Shown here: positions 1 to 9,442 of the stretch, one piece after another
Layout: the number at the start of each line of letters is the position of its first letter
Position numbering within the stretch: position 1 is the stretch's first letter
IMG/VR virus record: IMGVR_UViG_3300044701_003953
Span: 143,521 to 207,520 of that record
DNA length: 64,000 nucleotides
Reading direction: 5' to 3' (one strand)
Program-made: the position numbers and the translations under genes
Notes under the pieces: model-generated
Told to the model about the DNA's origin: nothing
Database searches by the model: none
Seen by the model: only the letters and a program-made list of their open reading frames with translations

Positions 1-116
1 CAGAAACGCTTGTTATCACGTTTCATCTTGAAGCGGATAGCATCGCCTAAGTATGCTTCTTTGTAACCACTGTCGCCTGCCATCGCATCAAGTGCTGTTT
101 GTTGTTTATCTGTCAA
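1..116 (-). CDS. folE: N-terminus of a probable GTP cyclohydrolase I (runs off the window edge)
   Basis: Manual translation from TTG at 116 with a GGAG SD: MTDKQQTALDAMAGDSGYKEAYLGDAIRFKMKRDNKRF. It resembles the N-terminus of phage FolE as I recall it and sits downstream of dpdA/queD-like genes. The catalytic part is outside the window. Confidence 0.55.
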   Translation of the reverse strand, partial: MTDKQQTALDAMAGDSGYKEAYLGDAIRFKMKRDNKRF

Positions 117-149
117 TTTTATTTCTCCGAGTTATTGTCGTGGATGACG

Positions 150-728
150 TTAGATTATTCTTATTTTCCTGAGGTCAGGATACATTTTAGCACGAGGCTC
201 TTCATTATGCGAGCCCAACATTACCAAACCTTTTTCTGCTTCTTCGGGTGTGGGTCTGTAATGATATCCCACTTCGAATACTTGCTGTTCCTGCCATGGT
301 GATATATTTAGGTCGCGGCCGTCATATCGTTGGCGGATCACTTTATTATAGAACTGTTCGTCGTCTGTGAGGATAGCACCACCACGGCCGATCTCGAGTG
401 GTTTGTCGAAACCAAAGCTCAGGCATTGTAACATACCCGGACGATACATATCACGTCTGAGCAAGCGAGCCGAATCCCATACACGTGAAGAACGGAAGCG
501 ATACTCTCCTACCCATTCTTCGTCAATGAGCTGATACTCTATTCCTAATCTTTTAAAAATCATAGGGACAGACAGATAAGTGAATGCTGTGAACTCTACT
601 TTGCTGGGCTGGTCGTAGCGGAAACAAAGTTCGAGAGCGTGTGTACAACAGTCAGTCATGATAACATAAGGCGCCCCGGTGTAGTGCGCCAATGCTTGTT
701 CGAAATCTGCTATGCTCTTAAACGACAT
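150..728 (-). CDS. Short DegT/DnrJ/EryC1/StrS-like PLP-dependent aminotransferase
   Basis: Motifs FEQALAHYTG..CTHALEL, DSA and CLSFGFDKPLEIGRGGAILTDD (SF-x3-K PLP lysine). Only 192 aa, so the C-terminal domain is missing. Confidence 0.75.
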   Translation of the reverse strand: MSFKSIADFEQALAHYTGAPYVIMTDCCTHALELCFRYDQPSKVEFTAFTYLSVPMIFKRLGIEYQLIDEEWVGEYRFRSSRVWDSARLLRRDMYRPGMLQCLSFGFDKPLEIGRGGAILTDDEQFYNKVIRQRYDGRDLNISPWQEQQVFEVGYHYRPTPEEAEKGLVMLGSHNEEPRAKMYPDLRKIRII

Positions 729-1689
729 CTCGGCGATACCATTCCCATGCGTGTTCGATCATTTCATATAGATCGTATTTAGGCCGCCAACTGCTGGCAC
801 TCATCAACTTGTCAGCACTGGCCGTCAGCAAAGCAGGATCGCCGGCACGCCGATCTCCATACTTTTCAGGCCAGCGTGTGCCAGTGACTTGTTCAGCAGT
901 CCTGACCACTTCTAAGTTGCTGGCACCACGATTGGTGCCGATGTTGTAGACACCATCGAGATCTTCTTCGATAGCCACACGGATGGCCGACGCGATATCT
1001 GCTACATGGATGTAGTCACGGACGCAAGTGCCGTCGGGCGTGTCAAAGTCAGTGCCATTGATCACGAATTCTTTTTCGTGTAGCACGGCTTCTAGGTATC
1101 TCGCGATGATGTGCGTGGCTTCTTTTTCTTGACCATGCCTGCTTCCAGGATCGGCACCACATACATTGAAGAAACGGAATGCGGTATACTTGAGCCCATA
1201 CGCCATCTTGTAGTCGGCGAGTATCTGTTCAAACATTAGCTTGCTCCAACCATAGGGAGAGATGGGCACAGTGGGTCCATCTTCCTTTAGCGGGACGATG
1301 CTGGGGTCGGGATTACCATATGTGGCCGCTGAACTAGCGAAAACGATCCTGGTCTCTGGACTGTGTTTACGGACCATATCCAAGAAACGGATGGAACGTG
1401 CCACGTTGTTTTCGTAATATTCGCCGGGGTCGGTCATGGAAGGACCTACTAGGCTAGTTCCAGCACAATGCACGATAGCACGTGGTCTATGTTCTTTAAT
1501 AGCATGTTCAACAGCCGCACTATCAAACCCATCCACGATGGTCTGGTGCCAGTTATTGGACACCGGGCGGCTGCGTCGATCTACACCGATGACCCAGTAT
1601 TTTTTCTGGTCCGCTAGTTCCAACCCAACCTGGCCACCGATGTATCCACCGGCGCCAGTGACTAGGATAGTATCAATACTTTGATTCAC
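718..1689 (-). CDS. galE: UDP-glucose 4-epimerase
   Basis: TGAGGYIG, SSAATYG, YGWSK (YxxxK), RFFNVCGA, DTPDGTCVRDYIHV, RRAGDP. Confidence 0.9.
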   Translation of the reverse strand: MNQSIDTILVTGAGGYIGGQVGLELADQKKYWVIGVDRRSRPVSNNWHQTIVDGFDSAAVEHAIKEHRPRAIVHCAGTSLVGPSMTDPGEYYENNVARSIRFLDMVRKHSPETRIVFASSAATYGNPDPSIVPLKEDGPTVPISPYGWSKLMFEQILADYKMAYGLKYTAFRFFNVCGADPGSRHGQEKEATHIIARYLEAVLHEKEFVINGTDFDTPDGTCVRDYIHVADIASAIRVAIEEDLDGVYNIGTNRGASNLEVVRTAEQVTGTRWPEKYGDRRAGDPALLTASADKLMSASSWRPKYDLYEMIEHAWEWYRRDVV

Positions 1690-2872
1690 TAGTATGCTTT
1701 CTGTAGTCTACGGTGTTGCGTAACCACTGCTCGCCTTGTCCTTCCAAGATGTCACAGATGCGATCGATGGTGCCATCGTTATAGTCTGAAATCTTGCCCA
1801 TGTCTGGATGGGGTGCTTCTAACAATGGCTTCAGTTTGTTGATAGCATCATCTAGGCTCCATGGAACGTAAAGTCGGCTAGCATCATTTGAAAAAGTTTC
1901 AGGAAAGCTACGATATGCAGGGTAAAGAACATTACACCCCAGAGTGTCGGCTTCGGATACAGTGTTAGATACCCAGTCTTGAAGAGCACAATTAAAGAGA
2001 ACACGACTATCATTAAGAAGGGCATAGTAATCATTTTTTTCCAAGTCCTCGTGTAATGACAGCAATCCGCGGGCCTGTAGGTCTCGTGTCCGCTTCATGT
2101 ATGAATCGTTGTTGCTACGCAATTTAGCGCCCGAGAAGATGGCAAACTCCACACCCGAATCGGGATAACGGCGATGCCATTCTTCGATGAGATCCATGTA
2201 AAAGTCAGGTTGCTTTTCTTGGTCCCAGCGAGCGGCAAAGCCAACCCGTAAGGCACGGTCCTGGAAAGGTTTCAATTCACCTGGCACACGGCCACGCACT
2301 TCGTCCTTGCCAAAAGCAAGTCCGGAGATGTTGTAGATTGGGGCTTCCCAGCCAGCGATTTTCATGTGTGCCACCATCTCTTCGTTGGTAGCCAGGACCG
2401 TGTCTACGAATGAGTCCACCATCTTTTCATAAGTTGACATCCACTTCTGCATGCCCCAGACATGAACGAAATCATCGGGGTCAATAGTTTGTGCAAGACA
2501 ACGAACGGCGATACGAGGGCGAAGAGCAGGATCGATTTGATCCATAATGTAAGGCAAGCTCTCGATACCGGGCTGGAACATATCTTCAAAATAGATGACA
2601 TCTTCTCCATTGACTTCTCCTGCTTTCATCTTTTTAACGAGATTCATGAGTTGGCTCATACCAAAGTAGGTTCTGCCATGAGCATCCAGGACCTGGCCAG
2701 TGACGATGGCCTTGTCGTTACTGAGTGTTTCACCTTCGACGATTTCGTAATCGATACCTCGACGCTCAAACACCGCACGATTCCACTCTTGTAACTGTAG
2801 AGTGTAACGTGCCTTGTAGGGCTCTAGGCCCATGTACCATAACTTACGCATTGTTTTTCCTGTAATTTCCAA
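1673..2872 (-). CDS. GT-B fold glycosyltransferase (start probably at MRKLWY)
   Basis: FAARWDQEKQP and QDWVSNTVSEADTLGC (E-x7-E-like GT4 signature region); directly upstream of galE. Confidence 0.75.
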   Translation of the reverse strand: MEITGKTMRKLWYMGLEPYKARYTLQLQEWNRAVFERRGIDYEIVEGETLSNDKAIVTGQVLDAHGRTYFGMSQLMNLVKKMKAGEVNGEDVIYFEDMFQPGIESLPYIMDQIDPALRPRIAVRCLAQTIDPDDFVHVWGMQKWMSTYEKMVDSFVDTVLATNEEMVAHMKIAGWEAPIYNISGLAFGKDEVRGRVPGELKPFQDRALRVGFAARWDQEKQPDFYMDLIEEWHRRYPDSGVEFAIFSGAKLRSNNDSYMKRTRDLQARGLLSLHEDLEKNDYYALLNDSRVLFNCALQDWVSNTVSEADTLGCNVLYPAYRSFPETFSNDASRLYVPWSLDDAINKLKPLLEAPHPDMGKISDYNDGTIDRICDILEGQGEQWLRNTVDYRKHTSESKY

Positions 2873-3419
2873 TGGTTAATTGCCTTACCACAAAAGGTTG
2901 ATCCAACACCGAATGCACGATGTATTTGGCCATCTTGTCGGAGTCGATCTTTGAAAGTCTAATACGATCATCAGTTGTCCTGGGAGTATCAACCAGTCCA
3001 GGCTTCACTAAGACCACATCACATCTTGCTTCGAGATCGTTCCACGCCCATTGTGATGCCATTTCTAGAGCAGCTTTTTCGGAAGCATAATGAGCCCGCC
3101 CTAAAGGGTGTTGTGGACTGTCGGGGCCCGATCTCATGTCGTTAACTATGCTGCCAATATTAACGATCTTCTTCGGCTGGTCTCTCCAACTACGCCAGAG
3201 CCTAGTAAAAATCTCAACCTGGAAAAAACGTTCATGGGCATTGTTAACGAACATGTCAGCATCGGCTGACATTTCCACGATTCTTTTTTGGGTTTCAACA
3301 TCTGATATATTAAACCCAGCACTCCGAGAGATACCGACCACGTCGTGACCGCGCTTACAAAATTCTTCAGATAAAGATTTTCCAATCCCCGAAGTATTTC
3401 CGGTCACGATGATTTTCAT
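2844..3419 (-). CDS. Short-chain dehydrogenase/reductase
   Basis: IIVTGNTSGIG, FVNNA, YASEK (YxxxK), PGLVDT. Confidence 0.85.
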   Translation of the reverse strand: MKIIVTGNTSGIGKSLSEEFCKRGHDVVGISRSAGFNISDVETQKRIVEMSADADMFVNNAHERFFQVEIFTRLWRSWRDQPKKIVNIGSIVNDMRSGPDSPQHPLGRAHYASEKAALEMASQWAWNDLEARCDVVLVKPGLVDTPRTTDDRIRLSKIDSDKMAKYIVHSVLDQPFVVRQLTIGNYRKNNA

Positions 3420-3670
3420 CTCGGTTTCCTCTCAAAACGAGGTTTGTTAGGATCACGTGGCTTCCAGTACCACATATCGCGGGCCCAGCCTTTGCCACCA
3501 ATCTTGCGCTGGAACTCGCCCCAGGGACCAAACTCTTTGTAGAGCTTGGCTTCGTCGAACGGGTGGCCGTGCTCCACACAAAACGCACGGTATTGGTCGA
3601 GATCGTCAAAGATCTGGCTGACCTCAGGTTTCATCTTAAGGTATTTTTCCAACCACTTAGGATTAGACAT
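3416..3670 (-). CDS. Hypothetical phage protein
   Basis: ORF packed between neighbours, with an AAGGA SD. Confidence 0.65.
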   Translation of the reverse strand: MSNPKWLEKYLKMKPEVSQIFDDLDQYRAFCVEHGHPFDEAKLYKEFGPWGEFQRKIGGKGWARDMWYWKPRDPNKPRFERKPR

Positions 3671-3687
3671 GCTACTTTCCTTTATAT

Positions 3688-4182
3688 TTAGACAGAAAGG
3701 GTTTGTGGACGGTGAGTTTCATATTTGATGAGGGCGCCGTTCTCACCATCTTCGGCAACCTCAATCCAGACGCTACGGCCAGGATACTTTTGTGCGATCT
3801 GGAGATACAGATCGTCAGCGATCATTTCACAGGATTTGTAGTTAAGGCTTAGAACTCCACCCTTATTATCGGGATTGGAGGGATTTCCCTGGGTATACAG
3901 GTTCTCCAGCCATCTTTTGAACTGGATGAACTCGATGTCTCGGTCGTTGTGGAACACATCGATCCACACCCTGAAATGGAAGATATGACGATGAGGATAA
4001 CCAAGGAACGAAACATCATATTCATCTCCGGTAGCGAGTTGTGGATCTTCGAGTGCCGCTGGGTATTTATGTATGCCTTCTCGGCGGAAAGTGACCCAGA
4101 TTTTGCGATCTGCTCGATCCATGATGCGTTCTACTGTGGCTCTTTGTTCTTGATTCATTTTGTTTCCGTTGGGAACGGCCAT
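3688..4182 (-). CDS. QueD/PTPS-like T-fold protein, DpdL-like (LxxxHRHxF)
   Basis: EGIH..LGYPHRHIFHF..DRDIEFI..SCEMIA..EVAEDGEN. The QueD CxxxHGH motif is replaced by LGYPHRHIF. Confidence 0.7.
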   Translation of the reverse strand: MAVPNGNKMNQEQRATVERIMDRADRKIWVTFRREGIHKYPAALEDPQLATGDEYDVSFLGYPHRHIFHFRVWIDVFHNDRDIEFIQFKRWLENLYTQGNPSNPDNKGGVLSLNYKSCEMIADDLYLQIAQKYPGRSVWIEVAEDGENGALIKYETHRPQTLSV

Positions 4183-4664
4183 CCGTTGTTGGGTTTATGT
4201 TGATAGGGTTTGATGTTTTCTTCTATAACTGTATTGTATGAATCTGCATCTACGATGTCAATCTTTACTGGACCCAAAATGTAGACACAGTCGTCTTCGA
4301 TCTCCCAATCGTGTTCTCCATCAAACAACCAGGCTGTGCCCCAACGCCCATCTTCATCTTCTACACCATCCCAGAGGCTTTGGATCTCGGCCTTTTCTTC
4401 TTCGGTGAAATCACCAAACCAAGAAAAATATACACTACACAGATCATCTAGCTCGCAACCCCACCCTACCCCGGGATCACATCTCACACGATCCACTTCG
4501 TTCGCCCAGACTTCGTCGTCCATGTCGCGGAAGCCTTGCCCCCAACGATAGGTCTCTGTGACATCAAATCCGCGCACGGTGCCATCGGGTAGGGTTTCGT
4601 AGACATCCACGAAGAACTCTACGCTTTTCTTTTCTAAAGGAGTGATGCGATATAGTTGTGCCAT
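4155..4664 (-). CDS. Acidic hypothetical protein
   Basis: 169-aa ORF tightly packed in the operon. Confidence 0.65.
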   Translation of the reverse strand: MAQLYRITPLEKKSVEFFVDVYETLPDGTVRGFDVTETYRWGQGFRDMDDEVWANEVDRVRCDPGVGWGCELDDLCSVYFSWFGDFTEEEKAEIQSLWDGVEDEDGRWGTAWLFDGEHDWEIEDDCVYILGPVKIDIVDADSYNTVIEENIKPYQHKPNNGWPFPTETK

Positions 4665-5185
4665 TATTCTGAGACTTTGTCGTCTTGATATTTAGACCAC
4701 GGCGTGAACACCGCACGATTTTTCAAGTCATGTAGGCTGTGGCACCACACACCAGGATTGGTGGCCTGGAAATCTCGGTCATCGATCTTGATGGTGGTGT
4801 TGTAATTCCAGAGTTTGGCGTAAGGCAGTTTCACGGAGATCATGGGGATGAACAAGTCATGTTCGGTGAGTTTGCCCTCCAGCAAGCCCTCGGCACAACG
4901 AAGATCGAGATCTAATGTGCAGTAGTAACCTTCTTCCAAGAAAGGCCAGATCATGTTTTCCCAATCTTCCCAGGTCTGGAAATCGTCGAATTCGGGATTG
5001 GGGAAACTCTGATTGGCACCAAAGTAGATGTGCTTGATCTCGCGCTCAGCCATGGCCACTTGCACAGTGATCTCGCTAGTTGGCCGCAAGCCAACCACGA
5101 ATAGTGTCTCCATGCCCAAGGCAGGTGTGTGTTCTACTTCGCGACCATAAAAGTAAGTCGCTGTTTCGTGTCCTGGTCTATCCAT
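4664..5185 (-). CDS. Conserved hypothetical phage protein
   Basis: 173-aa ORF whose stop overlaps the next start. Confidence 0.65.
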   Translation of the reverse strand: MDRPGHETATYFYGREVEHTPALGMETLFVVGLRPTSEITVQVAMAEREIKHIYFGANQSFPNPEFDDFQTWEDWENMIWPFLEEGYYCTLDLDLRCAEGLLEGKLTEHDLFIPMISVKLPYAKLWNYNTTIKIDDRDFQATNPGVWCHSLHDLKNRAVFTPWSKYQDDKVSE

Positions 5186-5188
5186 TTT

Positions 5189-5395
5189 TTACTCTTCGTC
5201 GAAGTTGACTCGTTCGTGCTCTTCTTCCCATTGCTTCTTCTTCATTTTAGCGATTTCGTCTTTTAAGAGCAACTTCTTTTTCTTCAGAGTCTGGAGATGT
5301 TCGTCCGAAAAGTTTCCAGACGTCTCAAGTTTAACAATTTGTTCGTCCAAAAGGCGGTGTGCTTCTTCTAGATGGGCGATCCGATTTTCATACAT
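5189..5395 (-). CDS. YdcH/DUF465-like small coiled-coil protein
   Basis: MYENRIAHLEEAHRLLDEQI..LKKKKLLLKDEI. Start moved to ATG 5395, which has a GAGGAG SD. Confidence 0.7.
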   Translation of the reverse strand: MYENRIAHLEEAHRLLDEQIVKLETSGNFSDEHLQTLKKKKLLLKDEIAKMKKKQWEEEHERVNFDEE

Positions 5396-6944
5396 TTGGG
5401 TTCTCCTCGAGTTGATCAAGTTTCGATTCGTCAAGTTCGGGTTCTTCGGAAACCTCTTCTTCTACAGTCTCAAATAAAGCGTTAAACATGGTCATGGAGT
5501 TCTTGGCTTTCTTTCCAGAGAAGCCGCGTGTGCCTACGATCTCCATCCAATATTTGTCATACTTTTCGATTATAGCTTCGCTGGTAGCGCGATCCGGTGC
5601 AGTGAAGATCTCTTCTACGATGTCTTGGAAACGATCATGGCTGGGACCTGAGTAACGCATCATGGCAGGATATTCGCCGGCGTCAAAGCGTCTATTGGCT
5701 TCTTGGACGGCAGTGATATGCTGATAGACATTATGTCCCATGAGCAAAGCATACGAGAAACTATCCCAGGATGTCTTACCTTCTTTGCCCACTTTGTTGA
5801 GATCACCGGGCTTGTAGATACAGATGTCTTTCATGCGCAACAGGTCGCTGACTGGACTGTCTTGCCATATGGGATAGATGCCGTCAGCTATCACTCCTTG
5901 CCGCCACTGTCGGGTGTCGGTGGCGTATTTTTTGTCATCGGCTGAAGGAGCCATGCGGTACGACCATTTGGAGTCGTGTTCGAAGACGTTTTCGAAGTAG
6001 ACTTGTCCGTTCGCTGTTGCGAGGAATGGACTGGCGCAGTCAAAAGAGATGGTAAACGATGGGTTGACATATTTCCTCACGGCACGTTGTAAGATAGTGA
6101 GCAAGACTGCCCACTCCAATTTTGATGTTCCCAAGAAGTGCATCCAGTCATGTTTGCCCTCCTGTAGGAGTCCATCGTAGCGCAATGCCACCAAGCGTCG
6201 TAATACTAAGTGGACATCACACATATTCTGACCACCCATAGCCCAACCGTTGAAATGCGTGTCGGGATACTTTGCGGGATCACAATATTCTTTCATCGTT
6301 TCATACCAATCATCTGCTTCAGCGTGATTAGCACCTTGTAGCACGTTGAGGAATTTCACTCCACCGTTCTTGACACCCCGACGGTGGGTCATGAAATACT
6401 CGTTGTTGTATTTTGTAGCGTTGACTGCTTCTTCGTGTGTGGTGATACCACAGGCCCGAGATGCTTTTTCATCATGCACTACCCAGGTCGGGATATCAAG
6501 GATCATGCCGTAGTCGGCGATGCCATCCAACCATTTCAGCACCGCTTCTCGTTTCTTCTGCGCTTTGGGACAACCAGAACCGGCCTTCCAATCGCCTTCC
6601 CAGAGTCCTTTAGCGATCTGGAATCCACCCGAGTCACCTAGGATCAATGTGCCAGGATCACGGTTACGCACCATGTCCTCCGACCAGTCCTGCTTGTTGA
6701 GATCTAAGTTAGCGTGTCCACCCGAGTATAGACTCCACTTATAAGGGAAAAGTCCTTTGGCATCGTTGAGCCAGTTCAACTCTTCCATGTCCTTCATGCC
6801 CGGCGGGAAACGAGCAGGATCTACATAAGGGCCGTTTACAGGGTCGCGTTGCTTGCCTATGAACGTGGCATAGAAGCCCGAGATAGCCGGCAAAAACACA
6901 GCATAGTCATTTTGTTTGGAAGTCAGGTTATCTCGGTTTGTCAT
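5388..6944 (-). CDS. dpdA: TGT-fold transglycosylase, DpdA-like (probable DNA 7-deazaguanine insertion)
   Basis: GDSGGFQ, MILDIP, VLQG, GWAMGG, HFLG, SFDCASP. Lies in an operon with FolE- and QueD-like genes. No canonical C-terminal CxCxxC zinc site is seen. Confidence 0.75.
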   Translation of the reverse strand: MTNRDNLTSKQNDYAVFLPAISGFYATFIGKQRDPVNGPYVDPARFPPGMKDMEELNWLNDAKGLFPYKWSLYSGGHANLDLNKQDWSEDMVRNRDPGTLILGDSGGFQIAKGLWEGDWKAGSGCPKAQKKREAVLKWLDGIADYGMILDIPTWVVHDEKASRACGITTHEEAVNATKYNNEYFMTHRRGVKNGGVKFLNVLQGANHAEADDWYETMKEYCDPAKYPDTHFNGWAMGGQNMCDVHLVLRRLVALRYDGLLQEGKHDWMHFLGTSKLEWAVLLTILQRAVRKYVNPSFTISFDCASPFLATANGQVYFENVFEHDSKWSYRMAPSADDKKYATDTRQWRQGVIADGIYPIWQDSPVSDLLRMKDICIYKPGDLNKVGKEGKTSWDSFSYALLMGHNVYQHITAVQEANRRFDAGEYPAMMRYSGPSHDRFQDIVEEIFTAPDRATSEAIIEKYDKYWMEIVGTRGFSGKKAKNSMTMFNALFETVEEEVSEEPELDESKLDQLEENPNV

Positions 6945-7554
6945 AGAAATGTGTAGAATTTATTAGTTCATAATCGATCGAAAAAGCATTTACTAATTTT
7001 GCCACCAATGGCGGATTCTGTTGTAACCGCTCTTTCATGAATTTTGAAATCTGTTTCGTGTCATAGTTATTCTCCGAAACATTATCCTCGACGCTGATAT
7101 CATTGATCTCGACACCAAGAAGCCATCGTATCTGATCGAGTAAGTTATGATTATACTTGAGTAATATCGGGTCAGTCAACTGTGATATATAGATGCTTTG
7201 TGGCGCGGTATGATCATCAAAGTATACGGTGTCAAAGATGATCCTTTCAGTGAGATCCGTGTAGTCTTCAACGAAGTGGTCACTACCGAAGTTCTGGCTA
7301 CATAAGTGTAAGGTAGCATATGTGGCGAAACCACTGACCCAGCGATCTACAGGATCTCTCACGAAGGCGAACATTTTTTCAAAGTGATCGCTGTCCTTGA
7401 GTATATGTAGTTCCCACCCGTTCGCTAACAAAACATTCGTGAGATAAGTGCTGGCATTCTTAGGTATGTTAAGACAAAAGGCCTTCCCATCGGGCGATCT
7501 CATCCCTCCTCCGGGCTGATAGCCTTTAGTCTTTAACCAATCGAATGATATCAC
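6928..7554 (-). CDS. Sulfotransferase-like protein
   Basis: IPKNAST (5'-PSB loop) and VRDPVDRWVSG (3'-PB motif). Confidence 0.7.
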   Translation of the reverse strand: MISFDWLKTKGYQPGGGMRSPDGKAFCLNIPKNASTYLTNVLLANGWELHILKDSDHFEKMFAFVRDPVDRWVSGFATYATLHLCSQNFGSDHFVEDYTDLTERIIFDTVYFDDHTAPQSIYISQLTDPILLKYNHNLLDQIRWLLGVEINDISVEDNVSENNYDTKQISKFMKERLQQNPPLVAKLVNAFSIDYELINSTHFYDKPR

Positions 7555-8282
7555 TTAGTTTGGGCTGGGATGATGTAAGAGTAGTCAGCGATACCAGAAT
7601 CTACAGTGATCATGGCAGCACCTTCGTCGCTGATTTTGAAAGTCTTGTCTCCGGGCAAGCTCAGGATAGCAATCACCGCCGACACAGGCCAGCTCCATGC
7701 TTTGGTCAATGAGCCCGACACACCTTGTTCAAACACGAATTCACCAGCGTGGCTGGCAGCATCGCCAAAGTAGAACTTGAGCTTGTCACCGTCGGTCTTG
7801 GCCACGAATGTGGTCTCCTCGCTGTTGGCTTGTGCCTGGAACTTGAGACGTTGGATGGATGCGGCACTGGGAACGATGTCTACGTTCCACTTCACGCCAC
7901 GGAATTTCACTGCCTTGAGTTTTTCGTTGATGATCTCAGCAGTCATGAAACGATAGTCGTTCTTGAAGTCACCGGCTTTGTTTTCAAAGTGGATACCAAC
8001 AGGAACTTTTTCTCCGTTACGATCCTGGCGCGTCACAGAGATACTGGCGTCTTCGCGATACTCGCTGATGTTGAGAACTGTGTTGAGTTTGGCCAAGTTG
8101 GGCATGCCGAATGTGCCTACGAATTCGGCCACAGGCTGTTTGAAACTGGCTTCCAGTATTACGCTACGATCTTCTGCGATAGCGTTGATGGCAGTACCAG
8201 CAGAGTCGCCGGTGACTTTGACCAGGTCGATGTTGCCTAAGCCATGTGTGTGTTGAACGATGTCTTGTAAAAAGTCTTTCAT
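7551..8282 (-). CDS. Sliding clamp (gp45-like)
   Basis: 243 aa with a beta-rich clamp-like pattern ending YIIPAQ; close to polB, with a clamp loader elsewhere in the window. Confidence 0.65.
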   Translation of the reverse strand: MKDFLQDIVQHTHGLGNIDLVKVTGDSAGTAINAIAEDRSVILEASFKQPVAEFVGTFGMPNLAKLNTVLNISEYREDASISVTRQDRNGEKVPVGIHFENKAGDFKNDYRFMTAEIINEKLKAVKFRGVKWNVDIVPSAASIQRLKFQAQANSEETTFVAKTDGDKLKFYFGDAASHAGEFVFEQGVSGSLTKAWSWPVSAVIAILSLPGDKTFKISDEGAAMITVDSGIADYSYIIPAQTK

Positions 8283-8305
8283 ATAGAGCCTCCAGTGATA
8301 GTTAG

Positions 8306-8335
8306 ATTATAGATGATTGTATTTAGATTTGTCAA
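8306..8335 (-). promoter_or_regulatory. Sigma70-like promoter
   Basis: TTGACA-18nt-TATAAT upstream of the clamp gene. Confidence 0.7.
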
Positions 8336-8338
8336 TGA

Positions 8339-9442
8339 TTATACCAATAAAATTCTTCGTTTGGCGAAATTTTGGACTTCTTTGGGCAATAGATCAAACA
8401 TTCGATCTCCTCGTAGTTTATCCATCATCAACGTATGTGCAATGGTATGGTGGAACAGATCTTCTGTGTTGCCTATCATTGATCGAGCCTGCTGATAGAC
8501 ACGTCGATTGTGATTTTGATTTCTGTCCGGCGCAAAATCAATTTCAGGCAGGAGGTCCTTTAACTCATAGGGCAAAGTCGACAAAGAAAGGAAATCCGGT
8601 CCTTCTAATACTGATGTATTTAGAGTTATAGATTTATCTCGGCACCAATCTACCAATTCTTGTAGGAACCATATATTCAGTAGTCCCAGTGTGCAAAAAA
8701 CAAATATTTCTGTGTCGGGTCTTTGCTTCCGATATGCCAGTAGAGATTCTATATTTTTTTCTGCACGATCCCAGTCTAATCCCGATCTTACCATCTGCCC
8801 GGGCTCTCCGATAGCTTCCAGACTGGCATAGACTCTTGTCTTCTTAAAATGTTTCCAAAGTTCGGTGACTTCTTTTCCTCGGTAGTTTAAAGTAGTGAGG
8901 TTGGTATTGTATCTCAATGAAATGTTTCTGCTCCGACCATTTTCGATCAATGTATCTAACAATTTCCAATGATCGGGGTTTAGCATAGGTTCGCCGCCAG
9001 TGAAATAGATTTCTGTAAGTTCTTCGTTAGTGATTCCCTCTAACATAGGCCATACATTGAATCTTTCAAATTCGAGATCTCCGACCAAACTAGTCCAACT
9101 GCTACTGAAGTTGGGACTACAGATACGGCAAGTGAGATTGCAGGTGTTGTTGTTTCTGAGGTCGAGATATTTTATCGAATCTCTTTGCCCAACATCGTCA
9201 CCATAGTTTTTCCTGTAGGATTCTAAACCATTTTGCTCGTCTTCCCAACAACCTCGACAGCCTTGGGGACATGACCCCGATAACATCTCTTGCTGTAGAT
9301 CCTTAAAAGTATCTACCCCTTGGAAATTTTCCCCAGATCTGGCTAACTTGTAATCATAGATACAGCAAGGAGCAATCTTACCGTCGGGGTAGACAGTGAT
9401 GCTATTCCAAACGGCATTACAGATAAAAGGCTTGCCTGTCAT
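8339..9442 (-). CDS. Radical SAM protein with N-terminal SPASM/twitch domain
   Basis: CNLTCRIC (CxxxCxxC), FTGGEP; N-terminal C..PDGKIAPCC..CRGC. Confidence 0.85.
   Translation of the reverse strand: MTGKPFICNAVWNSITVYPDGKIAPCCIYDYKLARSGENFQGVDTFKDLQQEMLSGSCPQGCRGCWEDEQNGLESYRKNYGDDVGQRDSIKYLDLRNNNTCNLTCRICSPNFSSSWTSLVGDLEFERFNVWPMLEGITNEELTEIYFTGGEPMLNPDHWKLLDTLIENGRSRNISLRYNTNLTTLNYRGKEVTELWKHFKKTRVYASLEAIGEPGQMVRSGLDWDRAEKNIESLLAYRKQRPDTEIFVFCTLGLLNIWFLQELVDWCRDKSITLNTSVLEGPDFLSLSTLPYELKDLLPEIDFAPDRNQNHNRRVYQQARSMIGNTEDLFHHTIAHTLMMDKLRGDRMFDLLPKEVQNFAKRRILLV

Noticed and set aside
1-1020. Apparent excess of GATC/TCGA
   Set aside because: This is only a rough visual impression and can be explained by ATC/TTC followed by GAx codons. 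It needs a Markov-normalised count.
5388-6944. Calling this a canonical tRNA-guanine transglycosylase (tgt)
   Set aside because: It is longer, divergent, lacks the CxCxxC zinc motif and lies among phage replication and deazaguanine genes. A DNA-acting DpdA is more likely but unproven.
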